NCBI GenBank assembly: GCA_963727485.1
Contig: CAVSGM010000001.1
Span: forward strand, 608,001 to 672,000
From: an uncultured delta proteobacterium
GTDB lineage: Bacteria; Myxococcota; Myxococcia; SLRQ01
Direction of reading: 5' to 3'
DNA: 64,000 bases
Shown here: positions 47,733-60,541 of the stretch, in pieces
Numbering within the stretch: position 1 is the stretch's first letter
How the letters are laid out: every line of letters starts with the position of its first letter
Program-made: the position numbers and the translations under genes
Notes under the pieces: generated by a model
Told to the model about the DNA's origin: nothing
What the model saw: only the letters and a program-made list of their open reading frames with translations
Databases searched by the model: none

Positions 47733-48774
47733 ATGGACCCCACGCCCGCAGCCAACCGATCCCGTGACACCGTGGTGGCCGCCGGCTATGGGGGCACCAT
47801 GCCGCCCCTCCCCAGAGGCCGGGTCGTCGCCGCCCGGGCCGCCCTGACCCTCTCCCGGGTCCTCGCCGCCGTCGCCGCGGCCCTCCTCGCCGGCGGCTGC
47901 GGCGCCGGTGGGAGCGCCCCCTGCCAGGTGGACACCGACTGCCCCAGCGGCGTCTGCGGCGTCTCCGGGGTGTGCCAGCCTCCCTCCGCCACCGACGGAG
48001 GCGTGGGGGACGGCGGGGCGGTGGGCCCCCGATGGGGACGGCGGCACCGGCGGGGGCTCGGGCACCGACGGGGGCGCCGCCACCTGCGTCCCCAACCACG
48101 ACGGCACCGTCTCCCGGGACGAGGTCACCCTCGCCGCGGGCCTCTCGGCCACCTTCCGCATCGGCACCCAGGCCACCGTGGACACCGCCGGCACCTACGA
48201 CGCCGACGGCACCCGGCACTGGCGCCTCGACGGGGACCTCGCCGGGGACCACGACGTGACCGTCGCCACCCTCTCGCCGGCGGGCACCTGGTGGGCCGGC
48301 GACTTCAAGGACGCCACCTACGCCGGCCGCCTCCGGGACGGCCAGGATCTCTTCGGGGTGTTCCAGGCGACCCCCACCGCCCTGATGCTCCTGGGCGTGG
48401 TCTCCCCGAACGGCGGGGCCACCCGCACCGAGCTCACCTACCACCCGGCGGTGCAGGTCCTCCACTTCCCCCTCACCCAGGGGGCGGCCTGGCGGACCGA
48501 CAGCCAGGTCACCGGGGTCACGGGCGGCGTCGCCAGCTACTACACCGAGAGCTGGGTCGACCGGGTCGACGACTCGGGCCGCCTCGACACCCCCTACGGC
48601 ACCTTCGACGTCCTCCGGGTCCGGGTGGAGACCACCGACGACCAGGTCACCCCCACCCGGAGCTTCCTCTTCGTCTCCGAGTGCTTCGGCAACGTGGCCT
48701 CGGTCTTCTCCAACCCCGGCGAGACCGCCGCCGAGTTCACCCGCGCCGCCGAGGTCTCCCGCCTCGCCCCCTGA
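47733..48774 (+). CDS. Lipoprotein A of the PHA operon (frameshift near 48025)
   Basis: GAGGAGG RBS; LAGG|C; Cys-rich CQVDTDCPSGVC module; CVPNHDGT...E; C-terminal FVSECFGNVA...PGE. Confidence 0.75.
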
Positions 48775-48778
48775 AGCC

Positions 48779-49702
48779 ATGCGCCGCGTCCTCGCCCTCG
48801 CCGCCCTGATGGCTACCCTCGCCGGCTGCCCCGCCTTCCACCGGGGCGTGCTCCCCGGCGCGCCGCCCCACGCCGACTACCTCGAGGTCGACGGCGTCCG
48901 GGTGCGCTACCTCGACGTGGGCCAGGGCCAGCCGGTGGTCCTCATCCACGGCTTCGCCTCCAGCCTCGACGCCTGGGCCCGGGTGATCCCGGTCCTGGTC
49001 CGGGACCACCACCGGGTGCTGGCCCTGGACCTCAAGGGCTTCGGGTGGAGCGGCCGGCCGCAGGGGAGCTACAGCCCCGAGGCCGAGGCGCGCCTGGTCC
49101 TGCGCCTCATGGACGCCCGGGGCATCGGCCGCGCCGACGTGGTCGCCCACTCCTGGGGCGGCTCGGTGGCCCTGGCCCTCGCCCTGAAGGCGCCCAAGCG
49201 CGTGCGCCGCCTCGCCCTCTACGACGCCTGGGTCTACGACGACGAGATCCCCAGCTTCTTCCGCTGGGCCCGGGCCAGGCCGCTCGGCGAGATCCTCTTC
49301 AGCCTCTTCTACAAGCAGCGCCCCGAGGACCGCCTGGCGCTGGCCTACTACGACCCCACCAAGATCCCCCAGTCCCTGGTGGACGCGGTGCGCCGGGCCC
49401 TCGACCGGCCCGGGACCGTCGCCGCCGCCCTCGCCGCGGTGCGCGATCTCGACTTCGTCCGCCTCGCCCGGCGCTACCACCGGGTGCGCCAGCCGACCCT
49501 GCTCCTCTGGGGCCGGGAGGACGTGGTGAGCCCGGTGGCCACCGGCGAGCGCCTCTCCGCGGACCTCCCCGACGCCCGCCTGGTGGTCTTCCCTCGCTGC
49601 GGCCACATGCCCATGGTCGAGGCCGCCGACCGGTCGACCCGGGCCCTGGTGCGCTTCCTCGACGCGCCCGCCGCCGCGCCCGCCGCCGGGGTCTCGCCGT
49701 GA
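48779..49702 (+). CDS. Lipoprotein alpha/beta hydrolase (lipase/esterase-like)
   Basis: Lipobox LAG|C; HGF, DLKGFGWS, nucleophile AHSWGG, WGRED and CGHMP. Confidence 0.9.
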   Translation: MRRVLALAALMATLAGCPAFHRGVLPGAPPHADYLEVDGVRVRYLDVGQGQPVVLIHGFASSLDAWARVIPVLVRDHHRVLALDLKGFGWSGRPQGSYSPEAEARLVLRLMDARGIGRADVVAHSWGGSVALALALKAPKRVRRLALYDAWVYDDEIPSFFRWARARPLGEILFSLFYKQRPEDRLALAYYDPTKIPQSLVDAVRRALDRPGTVAAALAAVRDLDFVRLARRYHRVRQPTLLLWGREDVVSPVATGERLSADLPDARLVVFPRCGHMPMVEAADRSTRALVRFLDAPAAAPAAGVSP

Positions 49703-51335
49703 GCGCCGCCCGCCGTCCCGCGCGCCGCCTCGCCGTCGCGCTCCTCGCCGCGCTCCTCGCCGCGGCCCTCGGCCTCGCCCCCGTCGCCGCCCGCGCCGGC
49801 GACGACGGGTTCACCGGGCTGGGCGCCGAGCTCCGGGGACACGCCTTCGCCGCCCCCAACGCCCCGGCCAAGGTCGGCCTCCACGGCTACCTCCGCCTCC
49901 GGGGCGGCCTCCTCGACAACCTCGATCTCGACCGGGGCCTCGACGCCAGCGGCCGGCCCCTCTTCCCGGTGCCCCTCACCGGCGGCCAGACCCTCTCCTT
50001 CGCCGACAGCCGCCTGCGCACCGACCTCTCGATCCTCGCCCCCGGGGGCACGGTCGCCGTCCACGCCCGCATCGACGTCCTCGACGACGTGGGCCTGGGG
50101 ACCACCCCCGACGCGCCCAGCGTCCGCGCCGCCACCCCCGCCGCGAGCGCCGGCCAGCGCCCCCTGAAGGCCCTGGCGATCAAGCGCGCCTGGGGCGAGG
50201 TGCTCACCCCCTTCGGCCTCCTGGCCGCCGGGCGCATGGGCAACGACTGGGGCCTGGGCCTCCTCGCCAACGGCGGCGACTGCGAGAGCTGCGACGGCGG
50301 CGACGCCACCGATCGCGTCGCCTTCGTCACCCCCCTCGTCGGCCACCTCTTCGCCCTGGCCTACGACTTCGACGCGGTGGGCGCCACCACCACGGACAAG
50401 CCGGGCCTCACGGTGGTCGATCTCGCCCCCACCGCCGACGTCCACACCGTGACCTTCGCGGTGATGAAGTGGAAGACCCGCCTCGCCCGGGATCGCCGCC
50501 GCCGCGCCGGCCGCGCCACCTTCGAGTACGGCGCCTGGCTCTCGCACCGCTGGCAGCACAACGACGTCCCCGCCAGCTGGATGCCCACCGCCACCCCGGT
50601 CGCGGTCACCCCCAGCGGAGTCATGGCCCGGGGCTACCAGGCCACCGCCCTCGACGGCTGGGCCCGCCTCACCGCCCCGCGCCTCGAGATCCAGGCCGAG
50701 GCGGCGGTGCTCCTGGCCTCGGTGGCCCAGCCCTCCGTCATCCCCGGGGTCCTCCTCCACACCCCCGTGACCTCCACCCAGGCGGGCGCGGCGGTGGTGA
50801 GCGCCTGGCACCCGCTCCCGGGCCTGGTGGTGGGCCTCGACGCCGGCTACGCCAGCGGCGACCCGGCCCCGGGCTTCGGCGCCTTCCCCACGCCCGGCAG
50901 CCCCGCCCCCAAGGCCGGCGCCCTCGACGGACCCCAGGCCAGCCCCCCGGGCGACACCACCGTGGACAACTTCCGCTTCCACCCGGACTTCCACGTGGAC
51001 CGGATCCTCTTCCGGGAGATCATCGGCACGGTCACCGACGCCATCTACGTGCGGCCCCACTTCACCTGGCGGCTGGTGGATCTGGGCAACGGTCACCTGG
51101 AGGTGGGCGCCGCGGTCATCGCCTCCCGGGCGATCTACGCCAGCTCCACCCCCGGGGGCGCGGTGCCGCTGGGCGTCGAGATCGACCCGACGCTCCGCTA
51201 CGCCACCGACGACGGCTTCGCCCTCACCCTGGCCCACGCGGTGCTCTTCCCCCTCGCGGGCCTCGACAACCCCGCCGCGGGCCTCAAGGCCCAGCCGGCG
51301 CAGGTGCTCCGCCTGCGGATCTCTACCGGTTCTAA
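49699..51335 (+). CDS. Outer-membrane beta-barrel, TIGR04551-like (terminal frameshift; real end ...YRF*)
   Basis: Signal peptide AARA|G; LHGYLRLR, IKRAWGEV.TPFG...GRM...WGLGLLANGGDC, NFRFHPDFHVDRILFR; C-terminal Phe. Confidence 0.75.
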
Positions 51336-51338
51336 TCC

Positions 51339-52147
51339 ATGCGCCTCGCCCTCGCCAGCGCCCTCGTCCTCGCCCTCGCCGCCTGCGGGGGCCAGAACCG
51401 CACGCCCTTCGGTGCGGCGGCCCCGACCGGCACCGCCGCCTGCCTCCCCAACCTCGACGGCACCATCACCGCCGCCGAGCTCCGGCCGGTGATCGGCGCC
51501 ACCCTCACCTACGACGTCTCCACCGACGTCCCGGTGGACCTCGCCGGGCGCCAGGACGGGGGCCGGACCCTCTGGGACTGGTCGGCGACCGCCGGCGGCA
51601 CGAAGGTGACCGAGGGCCCGGTGGCCCTCGCCGGCCAGTGGTACGCCGGCGCCTTCCCGACCGGCGCCTTCGTGCTGCCCGCCGGCGGCGGCCTGGTGGG
51701 CGTCTACCGCGCCGACGACACCGCGGTGTGGCTCTTGGGCACCGCCTCGGCGGACCCGAGCCCCCCGAGGGCCAGACGCGCCTCGTCTACGACGCCCCGG
51801 TGGCGGTCTACCGCTTCCCGATCACCGCCGGCGCCACCTGGACCTCCACCGCCGGGGTCACGGGCACCTTCGACGGGCTGCCCTACCGGGGCCAGGTCAC
51901 CTACGCCGCCCGGGTGCGGGACGCCGGGGAGCTGCGCCTCCCGGACGTCACCTTCACCGAGGTCCTGCCGGTGGACTTCACCGTCACCAACGCGCCCACC
52001 CCGGGGACCCCGGTGGTCCAGAGGCAGGTGAGCTTCCTCTTCGAGTGCTTCGGCGAGGTCGCCCGCGCGACCAGCCACCCCGGGGAGCAGAGCCCCGACT
52101 TCTCCAACGCGGCGAGCCTTCGCCGCCTGACCCTGGAGGCCAGATGA
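51339..52147 (+). CDS. Lipoprotein B, paralog of lipoprotein A (frameshift near 51768)
   Basis: [12 protein letters not shown]...E; C-terminal [10 protein letters not shown]...PGE. Confidence 0.75.
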
Positions 52148-52432
52148 TCGGATGGGACCAGTTCAAGCAGGGCTTCGACGCCTGGGAGCGCATCACCGCC
52201 GACTACCTGGAGCGCCTGCTCCAGAGCGACTCGGTGCTCCGGCCGGCGGGGAGCCTGCTCACCTTCTCCATGAAGACCAAGGCGGCCACCGACAAGGCCG
52301 CCGCCGCCTGGTGGGGGGCCATGGGCCTGTCGACCCGGCGGGACCAGGAGCGCGCCCTCCACGCCCTCAACCAGCTCGAGTCCAAGAATCCTCGACCTCG
52401 AGGAGCGCCTCGAGGATCTCGGGGAGGCTTGA
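52144..52432 (+). CDS. Small PhaE-like PHA synthase partner subunit (frameshift near 52387)
   Basis: [29 protein letters not shown] resembles the PhaE C-terminal LPTR..coiled coil; about 95 aa. Confidence 0.6.
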
Positions 52433-52437
52433 GGGCC

Positions 52438-54198
52438 ATGGACGTCACCGAGCTCCTCGAGGTGAAGGCCGCGCCCCAGGCGGTCTTCGACGCCCTCCCG
52501 GCGCGCCGGGACCGGGTGCGCTTCATGGTGCCCCGCTCCGGCGGCGGCCACGACCCGGTGACCCTCGGCGCCTTCGCCGAGGCCATCCGCGGCGTCGCCC
52601 TCTGGCTCGCCGCCGGCCCCCTGAAGCCCGGGGAGCGCGCGGCGGTCTTCGCCCCCAACCGGGTGGAGTGGGGCACCGCGGCGCTCGCGATCCAGGCCGC
52701 CTCCGGGGTGATGGTGCCCATCTATCCCGGGAGCACCGCCGACCAGGCCGCCTACGTGGTTCGCCACGCCGACGCCCGGGTGGTCTTCGTGGACACCCCG
52801 GTGCTCCTGGCGCGGATCCTCGAGGCCTGGAGCGCCTACGCCTCGGTGCGCCACCTCGTCCTCCTCGACGACGGCCTCGACGTGGCCAGGCTCCACGCGG
52901 AGCTCGCCCACGGCGACGGCCCCCACGGCGACGGAGACCTCCCGAGCCTCGCCGAGGTCGAGGCCAAGGTGGTGCGACTCTCGGCGGTCCTGGGCCACGG
53001 CGCCGCCCGGCACCAGGCCGACCCCGAGGCCCTCGATCAGCTCCTCGCCGCCGTCGACGTCGATCGCCCGGGGCTGATGCTCTACACCAGCGGCACCTCC
53101 GGGAGCCCCAAGGGCGTGCCCCTGACCCACCGCAACGTGGGGGTCAACGGCGCCGACTGGCTCCGGTGCTTCGCGCCGATCCTCGAGGACGACATGGTCG
53201 ACCTCTTGTGGCTGCCCATGAGCCACATCTTCGGCTTCGGCGAGCTGTGCCTGGGCAACACGCTGGGCTTCACCACCTACCTCTCGGACCCGGCGAGCGT
53301 GCTCGCCCGGATGCCCGAGGTGCGCCCCCAGGTGTTCATGAGCGTGCCCGCCTACTGGGAGAAGCTCGCCCTCGCCGCCGCCGAGGACGACGACCCCGCC
53401 GCGCGGCTCCAGGATCTCACCGGCGGCCGGCTCACGGTGTGCCTCTCCGGAGGCGCCGGTCTCAAGACCGAGGTGAAGCAGCGTTTCCAGGACGCGGGGA
53501 TGCTCGTGGTCGAGGGCTACGGCCTCACCGAGTGCTCGCCCACCCTCACCCTGAACCGCCCCGACGACTTCCGCTTCGACGCGGTGGGCAAGCCGCTGGC
53601 CTCGGTGGAGCTCAAGCTCGCCGACGACGGCGAGATCCTCGCCCGGGGCGCGAGCGTGTTCGCCGGCTACCACAAGGATCCCGGCGCCACCGCCGAGTGC
53701 TTCACCGACACCGGGTGGTTCAAGACCGGGGACGTGGGCCGGTTCACCGAGGACGGGTTCCTCCAGATCATCGATCGGAAGAAGGACATCCTGGTCACCG
53801 CCGGCGGCAAGAACGTGCCCCCGGCGAACCTCGAGGTGCGCTTCCGCGACGACCCCTTCATCGAGCACCTGCTGGTCTACGGCGACGGCCACAAGTACCT
53901 GGTGGCGGCGGTGTGGCCGCGGGCCGAGGCGGTGGAGAGGTGGCTGGTCGGGCACGCGGAGGGCGAGGCGCGGGATCACGCGATCCGGGCGCTGCTCGCC
54001 GAGCGCATCGAGACGGTCAACGCCGGCCTCGCCCGCCACGAGACCATCAAGGACTTCGTGGTGATCGACGCGCCGCTGACCGTGGAGGCGGGCCTGCTCA
54101 CCGCGTCCCTCAAGGTGCGGCGCAAGGCGGTGTACCAGCGCTACCGGGACCGCCTCGAGGCCCTCTACCAGGCCCCGCGCCAGGCGGCGGGCGGATGA
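52438..54198 (+). CDS. Long-chain fatty-acid--CoA ligase (AMP-binding)
   Basis: [51 protein letters not shown]. Confidence 0.92.
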   Translation: MDVTELLEVKAAPQAVFDALPARRDRVRFMVPRSGGGHDPVTLGAFAEAIRGVALWLAAGPLKPGERAAVFAPNRVEWGTAALAIQAASGVMVPIYPGSTADQAAYVVRHADARVVFVDTPVLLARILEAWSAYASVRHLVLLDDGLDVARLHAELAHGDGPHGDGDLPSLAEVEAKVVRLSAVLGHGAARHQADPEALDQLLAAVDVDRPGLMLYTSGTSGSPKGVPLTHRNVGVNGADWLRCFAPILEDDMVDLLWLPMSHIFGFGELCLGNTLGFTTYLSDPASVLARMPEVRPQVFMSVPAYWEKLALAAAEDDDPAARLQDLTGGRLTVCLSGGAGLKTEVKQRFQDAGMLVVEGYGLTECSPTLTLNRPDDFRFDAVGKPLASVELKLADDGEILARGASVFAGYHKDPGATAECFTDTGWFKTGDVGRFTEDGFLQIIDRKKDILVTAGGKNVPPANLEVRFRDDPFIEHLLVYGDGHKYLVAAVWPRAEAVERWLVGHAEGEARDHAIRALLAERIETVNAGLARHETIKDFVVIDAPLTVEAGLLTASLKVRRKAVYQRYRDRLEALYQAPRQAAGG

Positions 54199-55238
54199 GC
54201 CCGCCGGTCGATCCCAAGGTGCTCGGGCGCCTGAAGAATCTCCTGCGGCTCCCGGTGAAGCGGCCCCAGGTGGGCGTGACCCCGGCCCAGGTGGTCCACG
54301 CCGAGAACAAGTGGCGCCTCCTGCGCTACGCCCCCCGGGCCGCGGGGCTCGCCTTCGACACCCCGATCCTCCTGGTGCCCTCGCTCATCAACCGGCACTA
54401 CGTCCTGGATCTGATGCCGGGCAAGAGCCTCGCCGAGTGGCTGGTGGCCCGGGGCCACGAGGTCTACTGCATCGACTGGGGCCGGCCCGGGCCCGAGGAC
54501 CGGTACCTCGACTTCGACACCATCACCGACGGGTACCTGGGCCGGGCGGTGCGCCACGCGGCGAAGGCGGCGCCCTCGGGGAAGGTGCACCTGCTCGGCT
54601 ACTGCCTCGGGGGGACGCTCACGGCGATCCACGCCGCCGCCCGTCCCGAGCGCGTGGCCTCGCTCACGGTCCTGGCGGCGCCGGTGGCCTTTGGCGACGA
54701 GGGGCTCCTGGCGCGGTGGGTGCGCAGCGAGACCTTCGACGTCGACGCCCTGGTGGACGGCGCCGGGAACGTCCCCTGGCAGCTGATGCAGTCGGCCTTC
54801 CACCTCCTGCGCCCGACCCTCGGCCTCGCCAAGCTCATCCACCTCCTCGATCGGGCCTGGGACGACGTCTTCCTCGACGGCTTCCTCGCCCTGGAGACCT
54901 GGGGGAACGACAACGTCTCCTTCCCCGGCGAGGCCTACCGCCGGTACATCGGCGAGCTCTACCGGGACGACGCCCTGATGCAGGGGACCTTCCGCCTCTC
55001 GGGGCGGCCGGCGCGCCTCGAGGCCATCGCCTGCCCGGTGCACGTGGTGACCTTCGCCCACGACAACATCGTCCCCGAAGCGAGCGCCGTCCCCCTGGCG
55101 ACGGCGGTGGCGTCGGCCGATGTGGTCCATCGGTCGCTGCCGGGGGGCCACGTGGGGGCGGTGGTGTCGCGGAAGGCCGCGCAGGGCCTGTGGCCGGCCC
55201 TGGCCGAGTGGTGGGAGGGGCAGTCCGGCCCCCGGTGA
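54195..55238 (+). CDS. phaC: Class III/IV-type PHA synthase PhaC (copy 2)
   Basis: [28 protein letters not shown] in HDNIVP, H in GGHVG. Confidence 0.87.
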   Translation: MSPPVDPKVLGRLKNLLRLPVKRPQVGVTPAQVVHAENKWRLLRYAPRAAGLAFDTPILLVPSLINRHYVLDLMPGKSLAEWLVARGHEVYCIDWGRPGPEDRYLDFDTITDGYLGRAVRHAAKAAPSGKVHLLGYCLGGTLTAIHAAARPERVASLTVLAAPVAFGDEGLLARWVRSETFDVDALVDGAGNVPWQLMQSAFHLLRPTLGLAKLIHLLDRAWDDVFLDGFLALETWGNDNVSFPGEAYRRYIGELYRDDALMQGTFRLSGRPARLEAIACPVHVVTFAHDNIVPEASAVPLATAVASADVVHRSLPGGHVGAVVSRKAAQGLWPALAEWWEGQSGPR

Positions 55239-55425
55239 GCGGGCGCTCCGGCGACCGTGGAGATCCTGAACGGCGTTCGATGTTCCGACGGAACCGTCGC
55301 TATTTCGACGGGCTCCGAACTGGGCTGTCCTGAAACAGGACACCCGCCTGTATCAGATAAGGCCGCTTCCGCTTCCGTTTGCGACGAAAGCGCGTAGACC
55401 GACGGGGTCCCACCCTGGAGGCCAC

Positions 55426-58542
<3,117 letters not shown>

Positions 58543-58656
58543 GGGCGGGTCGGGGCGCCCACGTAAGGTTCACAGTCCGGCGACGGGGTGGCTAGTGTCC
58601 CGCATCCCACTCACCGGGCGCCCTGTGCGGGTGCCCGTTCGCAAGGAGACTGCCAG

Positions 58657-59145
58657 ATGAACCGTCGCACCCTCCTCGGGTCCCTCGCGGCCCTCGTCGC
58701 CTGTGCCGCCTTTGGGCTCCTCCCGGCCGCCGCTCACGCCGACGCCGCCCCGGCGCCCGCCGCCAAGGCGGCCAAGAAGGCCCCCGCCAAGCAGGCCACC
58801 GCCAAGAAGGCGCCGGCCAAGAAGGCCACCGCCAAGAAGGCGCCGGCCAAGAAGGCGCCGCACGCCTACGCCTACACCGGCGAGGTCCTCGACCTCGACT
58901 GCTACCTCGCCCACGGCGCCCACGGCGCGGGGCACGCCGCCTGCGCCCTGGGCTGCCTCAAGGACGGCGCCCCCGCCGGGCTCCTCATCGGCCACCACGC
59001 CTACCTGCTCATCGGCGACAAGGCCCACATCGACGCCTACAAGTCGGTGCGGGGCATGGCCGCCAAGAAGGTCACGGTCATGGGCCACAAGATGTGGCGC
59101 CACGGCTTCCACGCCATCGTGGTCGAGGGCGTCAAGGGCAGCTGA
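58657..59145 (+). CDS. Exported protein with AKKAP low-complexity tract and Cys/His motif
   Basis: AAGGAG RBS; MNRRTLL Tat-like signal; GEVLDLDCY...[14 protein letters not shown]. Confidence 0.7.
   Translation: MNRRTLLGSLAALVACAAFGLLPAAAHADAAPAPAAKAAKKAPAKQATAKKAPAKKATAKKAPAKKAPHAYAYTGEVLDLDCYLAHGAHGAGHAACALGCLKDGAPAGLLIGHHAYLLIGDKAHIDAYKSVRGMAAKKVTVMGHKMWRHGFHAIVVEGVKGS
58761..58860 (+). repeat. Imperfect 15-bp tandem repeat (GCCAAGAAGGCGCCG-like) encoding [10 protein letters not shown]
   Basis: About six consecutive copies visible. Confidence 0.8.
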
Positions 59146-59167
59146 GCCCCGCCCTCCGGCGGGATCG

Positions 59168-59782
59168 TCAGTGCTTCAGGGCGAAGTCCTGGGTGACGGT
59201 CCCGCCGGCCTTCACGGTCACCGACCGCGCCGGCGCCTGGAGGTCGGGGTTCCACACCGCGAGCTTCCAGGTGCCCGCGGGGACCCCGGTGATCCGGTAG
59301 TGCCCCTGGTCGTCGACGCCGACGGCGAAGGGGTTCTGGTTCACGAAGACGTAGCCCAGCATCTCGGGGTGGATGATGCACAGCTGGGTGTAGCCCCCGA
59401 GGTGGTGGAAGGTGTAGGTCCGGCTCTGGTTGAAGCCGAAGTCCCCGAGGTTGTAGGTCTCGTGGTCCGGGGAGAACACGTTGTGCTCCACGTGGTCGCT
59501 GTTGTGGAAGCGCACGGTGTCGCCCTGGACGATGGCCAGGAGGTGGGGCTGGAACTTCAGGTCCTTCTGGTTCATCACGAAGGTCTTCTGGGGCCAGTGG
59601 CCCGGCACCTTCACCAGGTAGACGAAGGTGTTGCGCAGGTCCTTGGCCGGCTCGGCGGTGACCGTCCCCTGGAGGGTGCCGGTGTCCCCGGCGCGTGCGG
59701 CCCGCGGGGCGACGACCGCGAGGGCCGCCACCACGATCGGCAGGACCAGGCTGGGGATCCACAGACGTGTTTCGTCGCGCAT
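59168..59782 (-). CDS. Secreted cupredoxin-like protein with carboxypeptidase-regulatory-like domain
   Basis: Signal peptide AARA|G; FQPHLL...VRFHNSD..HNVFS...CIIHPEM type-1 copper ligands. Confidence 0.8.
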   Translation of the reverse strand: MRDETRLWIPSLVLPIVVAALAVVAPRAARAGDTGTLQGTVTAEPAKDLRNTFVYLVKVPGHWPQKTFVMNQKDLKFQPHLLAIVQGDTVRFHNSDHVEHNVFSPDHETYNLGDFGFNQSRTYTFHHLGGYTQLCIIHPEMLGYVFVNQNPFAVGVDDQGHYRITGVPAGTWKLAVWNPDLQAPARSVTVKAGGTVTQDFALKH

Positions 59783-59987
59783 GGTGAGCTCCTCTCTCTC
59801 CCGGCCTCTACCCGGACAATGGGCAGTCGAGGTCGAGGCACAAGGCAGAGGCGCCGCCGCCGGGCGGCCTTGTGCGCCACCGGGCGGCGCCTACCGTGCT
59901 CCGCGGACCGAGACCCGCCCCGCCGGGACGGCGCCCCGGCCCTCTTCTCCCGGACGGCCCCAGGGCCGCCGGAAAGCGAGGGTCAAG

Positions 59988-60413
59988 ATGAAGGAACATG
60001 CCCACTCTGTCTCCCGTCTGCGGCCGCGGGCCCCGACCCTGGTGGTCGCCGGCCTCGCGGCCACGCTCCTGGCCGCCGGCGGCTGCGTCACCGTGCGCTA
60101 CCGGCCGGCGCCGCGGCCCGTCACCGTCCACCAGGTCATCGCCTGGTCGAAGGCCAGCGTCCCCGCCAAGGCCATCATCCACCGGATGAAGGTCGCCCAC
60201 ATGGTCTATCGCCTCGACGCCTCGGAGCTCGCCAGGCTCCACGCCAAGGGCGTCCCCGACCCGGTGATCAACTACATGCAGCACACGTATCTGGCGGCGG
60301 TGCGCCACAACCAGAAGCTCCACGACTGGCGCTACTGGTGGTCCGGCCCCGACGGCTACTGGTACGGCGGCCCCGAGTGGAACGGCGACTGGGGCGGCGG
60401 AGACGAGGACTGA
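59988..60413 (+). CDS. Hypothetical lipoprotein
   Basis: AGG|C lipobox; VIAWSKA...II...YRL.ASELARLHAKGVPDPVINYM; Trp/Gly-rich tail. Confidence 0.65.
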   Translation: MKEHAHSVSRLRPRAPTLVVAGLAATLLAAGGCVTVRYRPAPRPVTVHQVIAWSKASVPAKAIIHRMKVAHMVYRLDASELARLHAKGVPDPVINYMQHTYLAAVRHNQKLHDWRYWWSGPDGYWYGGPEWNGDWGGGDED

Positions 60414-60541
60414 CGTACCCGCCGGGGGGCGGGTCCTCTGGCACCCCCTGGTCGGGCTCCCGCGCGATCCAACTGGCCTGATTCCCCGCGGCCTTCCTGC
60501 TATCGTCGAGATCGAGACTGGACTCGATCTGGGAGGTGGCC

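Noticed and set aside
52045..55238. PhaE-ligase or ligase-PhaC fusions suggested by the 717-aa and 1028-aa ORFs
   Set aside because: Separate starts at 52438 (with GGAGG) and 54195 (ATGA overlap); one indel near 52387 explains the first join and the second is an off-frame open stretch
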